In this document: piece by piece, positions 36,182-49,795 of the stretch | Numbering within the stretch: position 1 is the stretch's first letter | How the letters are laid out: every line of letters begins with the position of its first letter | From: Octopus sinensis | Lineage: Eukaryota | NCBI RefSeq assembly: GCF_006345805.1 | Contig: NC_042997.1 | Span: 76,942,001 to 77,006,000 of the forward strand | Reading direction: 5' to 3' | DNA length: 64,000 bases | Notes under the pieces: generated by a model | Database searches by the model: none | What the model saw: the letters and a program-made list of their open reading frames with translations, nothing else | Told to the model about the DNA's origin: nothing | Translations under genes and position numbers: made by a program

Positions 36182-36392
36182 ATTGCAGTGTGGAAGGTGT
36201 TTGTAAGCCATTTAAGAAACACACAAAAGCCGTTCGATTCACTTCAACAAATTAAACTTAAATGTTGAAGTGAATCGAACGGCTTTTGTGTGTTTCTTAA
36301 ATGGCTTACAAACACCTTCCACGCTGCTATTGTTTTCATTCCAGCACACGATCTCAGATCAAATCACTTGCTATGCAAGTACATCTCCGTAA
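36182..36392 (+). mobile_element. Family B unit lacking the HHR core, with a 68-bp inverted 5' duplication
   Basis: Arms 36182-36249 and 36263-36330; the forward copy ends CATCTCCGTAA, the same 3' end as the 28162 copy. Confidence 0.8.
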
Positions 36393-38456
36393 AGTTTATG
36401 ATAATATGTATCAGATAATTACTTTTATACATCTAAAGTACTCTTAGATCTCTGCTGGTTATTTGCAGGTAATTACTTGCATTTAGGCTGTATTTGTGTA
36501 TGTTTGGTTTGCATCGACATCTCTACCACTATAAATTTCTTTTTCATATAATCTGAAGCCCCACTGATTTGAATTGCATTCATTTTGTCATAGCTAGCAA
36601 AGTGTTTGTATTCTTTGATTTAGTTGTCAACTAAGTTAACATTATTGTTGTGTTATATTTAAAAGCCATTCTTGAGTTAGATGCATGTCTATAACTTATC
36701 TGCAGAATATCTTGCATCATTTTTACTCAACATGTATTTAATTTACATGTAGCCGATAGTGGTGATACAGATATATATTGATATATCTACACCATCACTA
36801 TCACCTCAATATATTCAAAGTATTTAATATGTGACCTTATAAACATCTCATATTACTCATATTACTTAATACCTATGTACTGTATGTATAAATATGTAAA
36901 CAGTTTGATTAAAAATTATTCTTTTTTAATTAATTGAGAAATCATAAAAATGTTTGTTACCATCTCTCAAAATACAAGCTAAAAACTACAACTTAGTGTG
37001 GTAATTATAAGAGAAAATATTGTAGTTTAAATTGAAAATAATTATTAATTTTATTGTGTCTTTGGTTGTATGCTATGATAGATAGGTACATTATGGTAAG
37101 TATCAGTTAATCCTGTCCCTGATCTAATTTCTAATGAAGCTTGATATCTGAAATAATGACTTGTTGAAGTTCATACTGTACCATAGTATGAACCTCATAC
37201 TATGGCTAATTGAAAATTAAGTACCACCCTTGAGTAATTTGTACATGCCATATCATTCTTAAACGAGCTGATGAGACAAATAAATATATGGACAAATTAA
37301 TATAATTAGATAATTTATATGTAAGAATATATCTGATTACTCTTTAGGGACCAGCATAAAGGGTTCCACTGATTAGTGTGAAGTTGTTCACTGACCAACT
37401 CTAACTTCTGGCTCACAGTCACCTCCTCCCACCTATTCTACCATCTGCTTCTTCTAACTGGCTGGCTTCATGTTACTTCTATTCAAGCATTTCTGATTTA
37501 CTTATTTTTCCTCTTATCATCACCCATATCATGCTTAATCTCTGAACTATCTACTTTGCTCATTGCTTCTTACTTCTTACATTGACCCTCTGGTAACCCA
37601 AATTGCCTATGGTTTTTCTTGTAGAAATATCAACTGTGAATAAATATTAATTGTGCTGATCTATACCCTCCCAGAGAACCTGTGAAGGTTATGGGTTCAA
37701 TACCTCTTCCAGACACTAGTGTTTTCTTAAAAAAGAAAGAACACAATGTACATTGTCTGTTAGATATGCAATACCTTAAAATATTTCATGGCTTTCATCA
37801 TAAGTGTCCTTAGTCACAGTTGACTAATAACTAAACTACATAAGAAAAATGAGAAGGAAAATCATGTGCCATTTTAATGTCTAGCTGTAACTATTTCACT
37901 TCTCTTACAACTCTAAATGCTCTGAGAAAGGAGTGAACTTTAGAACATTCATTTCCCTCTTCTAAGCAGTATTTAACTTCATACCTACCTGCAGTAGGTA
38001 TCAAGAGACTATTCAATCTATTGTATTCTGACATATATACATAACTAGCTTACATACAAAAATATTCACAGATTGGAATAAGTTTGTATTGTAAGAAGAG
38101 AATTTTAAACATTTTGAGTTTCAAATATAAGGTTTCTCGTCTTTGAATACACAAAAGTTATTCCTTTTTGTAAACAACATTGAACTGATTTTTGGCACTG
38201 CAGATCATTTCCCAATGATAATATTCATTTTAAGAGGTATAAATTGTATAAAATAATAATAATAATAATAATAATAATAAGAAGAAGAAAAGAAAAAGAA
38301 TTTCTTTTGTATTCACAAAATGTTTGGATTTTTTTTATTGACCTCTCTGCAGATATAAAAAATGTTGAGAAATATAGTTTTCTGGTACAAAAATAAATAA
38401 AAATATAATTTACTGCTTAAAAAGATTTTATTACTATGACTTGTTTTAATATACCC

Positions 38457-39340
38457 AGTATGTACACTGACATTACACATCCATCGGAGCATACTGGAAT
38501 GAAGCCAGTATGCTCCGATGGATGTGTAATGTCAGTGTACATACTCGACAGAGCGTTAGCACCTTGAGAGAAATGTTGTACCTAAGAAGCATCAGTTGTG
38601 GTGTGCAAGAGAGACGATTGCGCTGGTATGGTCATGTGGCGAGAATGGATGAAGATAGGTGTGTGAGAAAGTGCCAATCCCTAGCAGTTGAGGGAACCCG
38701 TGGAAGAGGTAGACCCAGGAAAACCTGGGACGAGGTGGTGAAGCACGACCTTCGAACTTTAGGCCTCACTGAGAAAATGACTAGCGACCGAGACCTTTGG
38801 AAATATTCTGTACGTGAGAAGACCAGGCAGGACAAGTGAGCCCAGCCCACTTATGAATGCCTTTCCTCCCTTGGACACAAAGACCTGTTGAGGCAAGCGA
38901 AGTTGATATAGAACCTCATCCGACGACAGACACCCATGCCAACCCCCTCTGCTTGCGAAGACATGTTGGGGCAAGCGAAATCGAAACCGAATTGAACCAG
39001 CCAGGATCCCTGGTCTGGTGGTATGTAAAAAGCACTATCCGACTCGTGGCCGATGCCAGCACCGCCTCGACTGGCTTCCGTGCCGGTGGCACATAAAATA
39101 CACCAATCCGACCGTGGCCGTTGCCAGCCTCGCCTGGCACCTGTGCAGGTGGCACGTAAAAAGCACCCACTACACTCACGGAGTGGTTGGCGTTAGGAAG
39201 GGCATCCAGCTGTAGAAACATTGCCAGATTAGACTGGAGCCTGGTGCAGCCTTCTGGCTTCCCAGATCCCCGGTCGAACCGTCCAACCCATGCTAGCATG
39301 GAGAACGGACGTTAAACGATGATGATGATGATGATGATGA
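38457..39340 (+). mobile_element. RTE 3' fragment with a 41-bp inverted duplication at the 5' junction and (GAT)n tail
   Basis: ORF 38510-38839 matches the RTE C-terminus; arms 38457-38497 and 38505-38545. Confidence 0.92.
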
Positions 39341-39709
39341 ATAAAAAGAATGTTTGTTTATCTAGAATTATTTGTTTGTGCCAAAGTAACCTGTCTGTCA
39401 CTAGTTTTACTTCCACAGCTGCTCTTACTACATTTTTGTCAGTTTTTACCAATTTTTTTTCTTCTTTAACAAAAAAAGGAGCATCTTTTCATTGGAAAGC
39501 AAGTTTACAGCTTAGTGACATTTTCCATTTTTGCTTACCATAGATTTCTAGGATTATTTTTTCACTCAATACTTAATTCTAATTTGAGACTTTTTCAAAT
39601 AACATCACTTATTTTGTTAAAAAGGTGTAATGTTTTTGTGTCAGTTGTATTTCAGTTTGTTAGCACTGTCCTATTTATCTAAGCTGTAAGTCACAATCAA
39701 GAATTTTAT

Positions 39710-39735
39710 TATTATTATTATCATCATTATTATTA

Positions 39736-39786
<51 letters not shown>

Positions 39787-39790
39787 TATT
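39710..39790. repeat. (ATT)n microsatellite followed by a SINE head fragment (~39795-39870)
   Basis: Direct reading; GCAGAATTGTTAGCATGCCAGGCAAAATGCTT matches the ATT-tailed SINE family at 50455. Confidence 0.8.
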
Positions 39791-39869
39791 ATTGTGGTCG
39801 TGAACTAACAGAATTGTTAGCATGCCAGGCAAAATGCTTCGCAGCATTTCGTCTGTCTTTACATTCAGG

Positions 39870-41765
39870 GATCTAAATGTTGCTGTAGAGCAAATGGTTA
39901 ATTTTTCCCTTACTATTTCTGAACTGGTACCCTGCCTTCACCTTCCTTAATACTAAACTGAGGGGGATCAAACATAACACAAATATTAAAAAGGACAACG
40001 AGTCCCCCCTGGAAAATTCCTCTTTTGATATTAACATTCCCTAAGTGTTTGTCACCTGAGTAGAGATCTACTCTCCATTTCTCCATGCTAAAGCTAATTG
40101 ATTCTCTTATGTTGTCCTCTATACTGAATATATTGAAACAGCCACTTATTCATGAGTGTGGGATCATGTCATAAGCTTTCTATCCATGCTATTGTTAGAT
40201 TTTTCTTTCTAGCTTTTACTTCATTTAGAACTGCTTTGTCTATGTATAATAAATCATGTTTCTTTCGCCTTCTTCCTGCAACATTTCTGTCCTTCTGGCA
40301 GTAAATTCTGGCTGTCAAGGTACTCGTAAATACTTTCTGAAAGCATTCCTGTTAACAGCTTCCACACTAATGATAAGCAAATGATTGGTCCATAGTTGCT
40401 AGCTGTGTTACTCTTGCTCTCATCTTTCATAATGTGTATTGTCCTCCCTCCATTAAGGCAATCCTGAAGTTTTTCCCTCAGCCTCCCATATAAACTACTA
40501 AATTCCTTTTAGCTAGTACCCTTGAATGAAATCTGGTCCTGGGCCTTTCCAATTTGGCATTTTCCCTAACACTTTACTCATTAATGCACTAGTTGGTCTT
40601 AGATCTGGCTACTTCTCACTCACTATTTCTTCCCTCACTTTCTTTAATCATAATGCATCTCCATTATGATTGACTGGCTGATTCCAAATATAACTCCTGA
40701 ATTTTTAGCTTCTTCTGCATTAGGTTTCTCATCTTCAGTACTTCTCCACTGTTTATTTGGTTAGAAAAATCTCCTAGTCTGTCTCAAATAATCTATTCTC
40801 TTGATACTGATCTATTATTTCCTGATATCTGCAGAGTTTGCGTGCTACTGCTATGATATGTTGTTTCAACTCTTCTATTACTGTCCTAAATCCTTTCTTT
40901 TTGACTAAGTATCTTTTCTCGGGGGAAGATTTGCATCTTGTGTTTCCTAACTTGTTCAGTTTCCAGGCTTATATTCTACTCAGATTGTGTCTTAAAGTCT
41001 TCACTTTATTTTGTAGTCTTCTTTTCCACATTTACTATTTTTTAATCTCTCCCCGTGAGATATCTAATCTACTGACTGCTACTGCTCCTGCATAGATCAG
41101 TAAGTTAGTGTCTCCTATATATTTTTAGTATCTATCCTACTGATAACAGAATCTACTTTCCTACTCATTTCTAGCAGCTTCCTTCTGTTGGTGCCTTTTA
41201 ATACTGGCAATCTTTTTCTTTACTCATTACTTCCTGCAACTCATCTAAAATCTTCTGATCTTCTTCACTTAAATCACTGATGCCAGTTGTCCCTTCCTCA
41301 TTGGTAATGCTGTTATGATTTTTTTTGCATTAGGTTCTTCTTTAGTTTGAGTTGTATCTCTTATGTTGTTGTTTGTGTTTCCTACTGCCTGGTCCTTCTT
41401 TTCCAGTTCTTTTGTGATCTCTCCTACCTCCAATTCTGTCATCCACATTCTTTTCCTAATAGATCTACTAGTCTATGCTCAGCCACTTTAAACATACCCT
41501 TCTCTACCCAATGTGTTAACATCTGTTTTCTATAGCTCCTTCTTTTAGATTCAGTTTCTAAGTAGCACTGCATCACTATCCTGTTACCTTTGCTGGTCCG
41601 CTTCCTCCTCCTTACTGGATTATCTGCTGATGCTGCATTCAGATAACAGTTGTAGTCAGACTGCCTCTTTACTGAACCACTGTCAAGTGAGAGACCTTCT
41701 TTTAAAGGTCCAGCTTCATTTTTGCTGTTACAGTCAGAGTTCCTTTGAAAACTTCTGCCTCTCAT
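39870..41765 (-). mobile_element. R4/Dong-like (restriction-like endonuclease group) LINE, decayed 5' half
   Basis: N-terminal VMQCY...RRSYRKQM..HWVEKGMFKVAEHRL motif; RT remnants KAYDMIPHS, IKRGIFQG/DSLS..FVLCLIPLS..LRKVKAGY..KINHLLY, broken where (Y/F)MDD is expected. Confidence 0.75.
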
Positions 41766-42312
41766 AAACTGAGGTACGGTAATGTTCTCACCATCATCAT
41801 CACCACTATTATTTTACAACATCTGATAGTTTCAAGCAACTTTCTATTGCATGTTTGTGCTGGTAGGGTGGTGTGTGCTACATTTTTTTTTGTCAGGTGG
41901 GGATTGTATTGTATCAGTTTTGTTATGGGGTTTGGTTTTGGGTCTTTTGTTGTATTATTTCTTGTATTGTGTGTTTGTGCACCACAGGTTGTGTTCCGTT
42001 GGGTATCAGCCTTCTATGGTACATGTAGGCTTTGTTCATTTTGTTGGGTATTTACAGCATGGGTTTATTCCTGTATGTTTTTGGAGTAGTTTTACATAGT
42101 AGTGTAATTCATAAATCAACTATTTCATAGAATTTATGGTTATCTGTCCACTGGTTTTCTTTTGGATGGTTTTGTTATGGGTCCTGGTTCCGTTTTTACA
42201 GTCTTTTACTTTTTTTAACTGAACACCATCCATGGACATGTGTTGATGTTTTTTCATAGTTATAATTATTATTGATGTATCAGCTAGAGACCAAGAGGAA
42301 ACAGCAATGTGC

Positions 42313-42330
42313 ATATATATATATATATAT

Positions 42331-42384
<54 letters not shown>

Positions 42385-42385
42385 G
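42313..42385. repeat. (TA)n microsatellite
   Basis: Direct reading. Confidence 0.95.
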
Positions 42386-42713
42386 AGAGAGGTCTTATAT
42401 AAATATGGATGTATAAGTAATTAAAACTTAAAATTCAAAAATTTTTCTCACTAGCTTGCAGTTCTCATATAGAAACACTGAAGTCCATGTGTTTCCATTT
42501 TCATGCATAGGGTGGTGCACCAGGGGGAAGCTACTACTTGTATGTATGTATATATATATAGAGGGGGAAAGTAAAAACAAAACAAAGAAAATGCACATTA
42601 AATATAAAAAATAAAGGCTTTTTTTAAGAAAAGTAAAGATATATACATGCAATTAGATGATTTGAGGTAGAATTATGAAGTATAAAAATCATTATTATGA
42701 ATCATTATAGAGA

Positions 42714-42759
42714 TTCAAAGTCATACTAGTATCATCAGAAGCTGATCACTGACTTTGAA
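42714..42759 (-). ncRNA. Relic hammerhead with G3-C8 core at the PLE 3' end
   Basis: UUCAAAGUCA-GUGAUCA-GCUUCUGAU-GAUA-CUAGU-A-UGACUUUGAA: perfect 10-bp stem I, palindromic ACUAGU stem III, GUA triplet; A14U substitution and unpaired stem II. Confidence 0.5.
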
Positions 42760-44349
42760 TGAGCACTTATTTCCAAACGGTGTTGGGTATAATAGTACCT
42801 GAGTGAAAAGATTACATGCAAGGGAGGTAAGCAGTTCTGGAAGTGATGCAATTAAGGTAGATATAAATACTATAATATGAAAGATGTTTGGGATGTGTGG
42901 AGACTAGTGGGATTATTGGTAAGGTTAGTAGTGTTCTGTATTAAGTTGTGTTCATGCTGAGTTGTGGATGATTTTTATTAACGAAAGTTACCTCTTTATT
43001 TAATCTTTGCTGTACTGAGGTGTCCTGTGGACATTGATAAAAAGGGAAAATTAGGAAGTTCAGTATCTTTCTATGTGTTCACTGAACTGTATCTGTCTAT
43101 ATTGTGGGTATCGGATTTGTTCTTTGTTGGAGTGACATTCCTGTTTTGACTGTATAGTGATTTCCGCACCCTAAGCAGGTAATAGCATAGATTAAGTTTA
43201 CAGAGGCACAGGGGAAATTTGATTTTATCTTAAATATTTCATTTTGTTTGAAGTGAAACTGCACCCTCCAAAATGTGGGGCAGGTTAGGCTGCCCACATT
43301 TTTTTCACTTTTGGTTCTGTTAATGGATAAACTCTTGTGCTGGTTAATACTTTTTTTCAATGATTTTGGTTGCATTTTGCTCTTGATAATTTTGTGTGAG
43401 CCTAAAATTTTGTTCATTGTTTTATCTCCAGTGAGAATGGGTAGATTTTGGATGATGTTGTAGGCCTCATTGTTTCTAGGGTTGCGTGTGGAGATGTATA
43501 GAAGTATTTTTAAATATGGTGTAGTATTTCGGTTAACTTCCATTAATGTTTGTATGTCTACTTTCTTTGCTCGTTTAATCCCATCATCTATTAATGATGT
43601 TGGGTAATGTCTCCTGCTTAATGTTGAATTAAGTTCAAGGAGTTTTCATTTATGAGTATGTGAATCCAAAACTATCATACAGATTCTTTTCGCTAGATTA
43701 TAAGGTATATTTTTATGTGTTTGGGGTGGCATGAGTTGAATAATCTGTAGGTTTATAGAAGATGTTTGTTTCAATGTTGTTATTGACTATTTTAATTGAG
43801 ATGTCAAGAAAAGGAAGTTGTTTATTGCTGTGTTCCATGGTGAACTGTATGTTGCTATTAATATTGTTAAGCTTTATTTTGAAATTGAAGAGTTTGTCCA
43901 TGCTATCATTCCAAAGTATAAAGCAATCATCTAAGTACCTCATCCAGTTCTTTAAATAGCAATGCAATGAGGTACCATATTTTTGTAGTGATGATTAGTA
44001 TATTTCAAGTTCTAGATTACAAGGTTCGCAGTCACTGGGGCAGCTTGAATTCCCATTGCAATTCCACATTTTTGTTGATAGTAAACTTTATCGAACATGA
44101 AGTAGCTGTTCTGCAGGATAAATTTCAATGCTGCAATTATGAAGTTGTGGTTGATGCGTCCTAGGATCTCTTCTTGGTATTTTTCTAGCCAGAAGGTGAT
44201 TGCTTCTATACCATAATCATGTGGGATATTGGTGTACAAGTTCTCCACATTGAATGATACTAACAGGGTTCCTTCTTTTATTGTTTTTGGGAGTTGGTTA
44301 AGCATGTCTTAATCATCCCTGATGAAGCTTTTCACATATTTTAAAAATT

Positions 44350-46316
44350 GCTTGAGTAAGATCATTATCATTGTTTGACGGTTCGACCGGGGTCTAGGAA
44401 GCCAGAAGGCTGCACCAGGCTCAAGTGTTTCTACAGCTGGATGCCCTTCCTAACGCCAACCACTCTGTGAGTATAGCGGGTGCTTTTTACGTGCCACCGG
44501 CACAGGTGCCAGGCGAGGATGGCAACGGCCACGATCGGTTGGTATTTTTTACGTGCCACCGGCACGGAAGCCAGTCAAAGTGGCACAGGCATCGGCCACG
44601 TTCGGATGGTGCTTTTTATGTGCCACCGACACAGGGATCACAACTGCAATTTCCATTGATTTTTGATGTTGATGTACTTGACTCAATAGGTCTCCTCAAA
44701 CACAGGGTCGAAATGGTGTTTCTTTACTTGCCACCTGCACAGGAGTCAGTCCAGCGGCACTGGTAACTGCCAGGTGCCAGTCATAGGATTGGTTCAATTT
44801 CGATTCCAATTTCACTTGCCCCAACAGGTCTTTGCAAGCAGAGTTTAGTGTCCAATGAAGGGAGGTTAGCATGGGTGCCAGTCATCAGATGAGGTTCGAT
44901 ATCGAATTCAATTTCGACTTCACTTGCCTCAACAGGTCTTCACGTGTCCAAAGAAGGAAAGGCATGCATAAGTGGGCTGGCTACATCCCTGGCAAAGGCC
45001 ACTGGATGGTCTCACTTGTCCTGTCGAGTTTTCTCACGCACAGCATATTTCCAAAGGTCTTGGTCACTAGTCATTGCCTCGGTGAGGCCTAATGGTTGAA
45101 GGTCGTGCTTCACCACCTCGTCCCAGGTTTTCCTGGGTCTACCTCTTCCACAGGTTCCTCAACCACTAGGGTGTGGCACTTTTTCACACACCTATCTTCA
45201 TCCATTCTCGCTACATGACCATACTAGTGCAATCGTCTCTCTCGCACACCACAGCTGATGCTTCTTAGATCCAACTTTTCTCTCAAGGTACTTACACTCT
45301 GTCGAGTATGCACACTGAAATTACACATCCATCGGAGCATACTGGCTTCATTCCTCGTGAGCTTACGCATGTCCTCAGCAGTCATGGCCCATGTTTCACT
45401 GCCATGTAGCATGGCTGTTCGTACACATGTGTCATACAGTCTGCCTTTTACTCTGAGCGAGAGGCCTTTTGTCACCAGCAGGGGTAAGAGCTCTCTGAAC
45501 TTTGCCCAGGCTATTCTTACTCTAGCAGTTACACTTTCAGCACACCCGCTCCCGACTTGGTCACCTAGGTAACGGAAGCTATCAACTACTTCTAGTTTTT
45601 TCTCCCTGAAAAGTGACGGAAGTTGTTTTCTGCAGATTTTCAATGTTTATTGCTCCTGAGGATCTGCCACATACAAAAACTATCTTCACAGTTAGCCTTC
45701 CTTTGACATTGCTGCACCTCTTATGTGTCCATAGCTTACACTGGGTACATTTTATAGAGTTTCTACCTAAACCTTTTCTACAGATCGAGCAGGGCCATCT
45801 ATCTGAAGGCATTTGTGGTTTGTCTACCTTCCTACTTATTAGACTTTTGTTTTAGCTAGGTTGACTCTAAGGCCCTTCGATTCTAATCCTTGTCTCCACA
45901 TCTGAAACTTCTCCTCCAGTTCTGAAAGTGACTCACCAATTAGAGCAAGGTCATCAGCATAGAGGAGCTCCCAGGGGCATCCTATCTTGAATTCCTCACT
46001 TATTGCCTGGAGAACTGAACCTTGGTGGACCCCTACCTCTACCCAGAATTCTTCACTGTACTCGTTGCCAGCCCTCACCTTATTAACAGCATCCCTGTAC
46101 ATGGCTCGCACAGCTCTCACTAACTATTTATCTATCCCTAGTTTCCTCATTGACCACCAGATAAGTGCTCGGGCGACCCTGTCAAAGGCTTTCTCCATGT
46201 CAACGAAAGCCAGGTACAGAGGTTTATCTTTGGCTAGGTATTTCTCCTGCAGCTGTCTTACCAGGAATATAGCATCAGTGGTGCTTTTCCCTGGCACGAA
46301 CCCAAATTGCATTTCA
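44350..46316 (-). mobile_element. RTE LINE, 5'-truncated, nested in the PLE
   Basis: ORFs 46124, 45839, 45582 and 45224 are collinear with the RTE RT; 3' UTR units present. Confidence 0.92.
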
Positions 46317-47173
46317 CGTCGAGGAAATTACTCAAACCGTGGGTTTCACAAGCAGGGCCAGCGATGTTGGGTCTTAGTTTGAGGTCAGTAGGGATAAGAA
46401 CATTAATGCATAGGCATGAAAAATGTTTGCAACCTTTACTAATATGTGGATTTTTGTGTATTTTAGGTAATCCTTAGGATAGACTTGGTCTGTATTTATA
46501 ATTGGATAAATAGTCAATTTCTTTTTTAATTAGGTCCTTGCCATGTATTCGAAGTAAGGAGGATAAGTTTTTAAGTGTCATCTGTGGGTTATAGTGCTCT
46601 ATCTTCTCATAGTAAATATTGTTTTCCAACATGGAGAGTATGAAATTTTATAGTACTCTGTCCATCACTACCTCTGCACTTCCTTCATCGGCTTCTTTAA
46701 TGGTCAGCTTCATATCATTTTTAAACTCAATTAGGTTTTTTCCATTCATTTGTGTTGAGGTTGGATTTAATTTGTTGTTTTTGGAGAGTATTAAATGGAA
46801 AATTGGTAATGTGTTCACAGAAAGTATCGAGGGTTTTATTTCTGCCTTTTGTAGGACAGTATTCGCTTTTGTTTTTTTACTATTGAGTCATCTAAGCTGG
46901 TGTAGTTGTGAAATGCTTCTGTGAGGTGCAATTTTCAGCGCATATATATATTCATGCTCCACACAAGAAAAATCTTTCAGTTTTCCAAGGTGGCTCACAT
47001 CAAAATATAGTGTTCTTTCTGTTTTTTTCATTGTTTATGCAGATTCTCAATTCCTGCTTCGTGATGGTTTCAGATTTGATCCATCTTCCCAGCAGCTCAC
47101 TGTCACATATCCATGCTGTTTGGTATTTGCTGCAGAATCTGTTTGTATTCACTGCAGAATTATTATTATTATT

Positions 47174-47550
47174 TGCTTAACAGTATTTCACCCCTTGCTA
47201 TATTCTGAGTTGAAATTCCTCTGGGGTTGACTTTGCCTTTCATCCTTTTGGGGTCAATAAATTAAGTACCAGTGAAACAATGGGGTTGATATAATCGACT
47301 TAGCCCCTCCTGCAAAATTGCTGCCTTTGTGGCAAATTTTGCTATCATTATTACTATCAAGCTGGCAGAATACTTAGCACACTGGGCAAAAACGCTCAGC
47401 AGTATTTCACCTGTTACTACATACTGATTTCAAATTCCACTGTTGTTGATTTTGCCACCAGTTACATACTAGGGTCAATGTAATCAACTACCCTCGCCCC
47501 CACCCAAAAATTTCAGGCTTTGTGCCTTTGGTAGAAAGGATTATTATTAT
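47174..47550 (+). mobile_element. Two tandem copies of an (ATT)n-tailed tRNA-derived SINE
   Basis: Each has GAGTT(C)AAATTCC, GACTTTGCCTTTCATCC and GGGGTTGAT..AATCGACT motifs and ends in ATT repeats. Confidence 0.7.
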
Positions 47551-48070
47551 TGAGTGAGAGAGCAGTGCATGCCATCAAAGTGACACTGGGGTAAAATATA
47601 CGAAGCCCATTATACCCATCTGATAAGGGTACACCAGGCACATGCATCACAACCGTGGTGATCTCATTTCAAGATTAACAGCGCATGACCTTGCAAGTGG
47701 GGCACAGTTAGCATTTTCTTCAGGTCAAGTAGCCCCTCCCACTCAAAAGGTGTTTAAGGATGTGGAATGAAACAGACATGTTTCCAAAGGTGAATTATGC
47801 AAACTCCCAAGTATTCTTTTCAATACATGGCTATGATGCTCCCCCATTACTTCTACTCATGATCTGAGATGCATCTATCATCAGCCACTAAAGGACATGC
47901 TCAACTGGTTACGGTCAAACGACTGACAAGCAAATCTGTGATATTGAGCAAAATATTTATTGTAGCCCATCTTTTATACCTAAACAAAACAATGTACATG
48001 ATAACACTTCCAATCAGTTAAGGTGGGAAGCCATGATAGCCATTGCCTGGTACTGCATCAGAGCATTCAT
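47551..48070. repeat. Unclassified interspersed repeat between ATT tracts
   Basis: Higher GC than its surroundings and bounded by ATT repeats; no ORF recognised. Confidence 0.35.
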
Positions 48071-48074
48071 TGTT

Positions 48075-48480
48075 ATTATTTTATTGTCTTTGCACAGCTT
48101 CTAATGTTGAAGATGTACTACAGTGTCAACTGTTCACTACCAGTGAACTAAGGTAACACTCATTTTTCAAGCACTATCCAAGCAGTTCCAAGTAGTGCTG
48201 TTTTCTACAAGTGCTCTACCCTTATTGCAACCCCTATTTATTCCATGTCCTTCTCAAGATTTTTAAACACTGTTCCTAAGGTTCCAACAATTTTTGGTAC
48301 TACTACCACTTTTTTCAGTGACCACAACTGCTTAACCTCCCAAGCCAACTTGTCATATCTATTAACTTTTCTTTCTTCCCTATACGTATACCTTGTTGTC
48401 AGCTGGGCATGCTATATGTATTATCCAACATCGTTTGCTTTCTCTCTCAATTAACATTATAAGTCATCCATAGCCATCTT
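48075..48480 (-). mobile_element. R4/Dong-like LINE 3' fragment (restriction-like endonuclease end)
   Basis: Frameshifted IIHIACPAD..KVNRYDKLAWEVKQLW..VVVVPKIVGTLGTV..KTALLGTA; ends in a TAA-rich tail. Confidence 0.75.
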
Positions 48481-48519
48481 TTTTTTCTGTCTTATTATTA
48501 TTATTATTATTATTATTTG

Positions 48520-48830
48520 TTTATTTATTTGACTCAGGTTTGTTCATATTCCTGATAGAATTTATGTGGGTAATGGCTTAGTTCCTGTGACCTTGAATAT
48601 CCATAAGCTTTCAGTAGCCTTTCAAGTGCTTAAAACCCTCCTAATAATTTTTCCTATACCTATGAAGCAAACTTTCTGTAGGAGCCCTACAGTACATACT
48701 ATTCCAATTTCTTTCTCCCATTTGTCTGTATCTTTAGTTATAGTTCCTAATGCACCAATTATTACAGGCACAACATTCACAGTTTCCATACACCAAATTT
48801 TCAATTTCAATTTTTAAGGGATTGTTTATT
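48520..48830 (-). mobile_element. Second R4/Dong-like LINE 3' fragment
   Basis: ORF 48622-48810 VVPVIIGALGTI...LLQKVCFIGIGKIIRRVL; (TAA)n at both ends. Confidence 0.75.
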
Positions 48831-49795
48831 ATTATTGCTTTTGTTGTTTCACTGGCTACTAGAATGCTACTTATGACTATTTATAAGAATTTCCAAAAAT
48901 TATCTTTGGTGGTTACAGTGATGGAGCTTGTATCATACCTACACCTTTAGTTAATTCAAGTAGAACGCCACCATCAAGCTGAACAATTTTGCACAATGTC
49001 ACAAATTTAAAATAAAAGCTATAGTATTCTAGTAAAGTATTGGGCAAAACACCTAGTATTTGTTCCAGGTGTTTACATTCCCACTAATTTCAATGTTACT
49101 TTTTGTTTCTCTGGGATCAGTGAAATAAAGCATCAGACATGTATCAAGGTCAGTGTAATCAACTAAACCCCTCTCATAGAATTTGTTACCTTTTGTCTAA
49201 ATTCTTCTTCTTCTTCTTATTATTATTATTAATATTATTATTATCATCATCATTATTATTATTCACTGTGGAGAGAGTAGATGTTTTACAATTCATTCTC
49301 CAAAGAAAGCAATTTTACTAGCTGAAATAGGGTTTTTACCAAAAATATTCACATACAGATAACAGAGTTTCTTAGTGGGGAAAAGGTGTGTATGTAGTTT
49401 TAGATAGAGTTTATTTGTTTTCCCTCATGACACTGACTTACGAATATTCCACACCATGTTTACAATAAGAAAAGTGAAAATGAAATAACCTTTCATACAC
49501 AGAAAATACGATAACCTACCAATATTAATAGTAACCCCAAACCAATACAAACACTAGCATTGTGACACTAAATTTAAATATACCAAGTTGAAATTTTGCC
49601 AACAACAGTATGCATGCATTACAGCAAATATAAGTGTGAAGAATCAAATGCTATCCTTTGCAAACATTCCTTCCAAAAGAAAAGAGGAAAGAAAGCATTG
49701 AACATCTGAACATCCTGTACAACAATCTGCATGGCACTGCATGTCTGTCAGTTTTACACCACCCAAAAATCATGAATTGTTTACGTTAATTTTAA

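Larger units (their letters stand above)
42660..47160 (-). mobile_element. Penelope-like element (Neptune-like), mostly complete but decayed, split by an RTE insertion
   Basis: 46316-47160 encodes IKEADEGS..VMD, GLPKIHK and LRPNIAGPACETH..SNFLD; 42900-44345 encodes SFNVENLYTNIP, GIAMG..AP, RYLDDCF, LPFLDI and NLIYAITCLGCG. The frame joins across the RTE as FLD-ILLKQFLKYVKS. Confidence 0.85.

Noticed and set aside
44315-44335. CTGATGA as a hammerhead core
   Set aside because: No stem II or GAAA follows; it is the antisense of PLE coding sequence.
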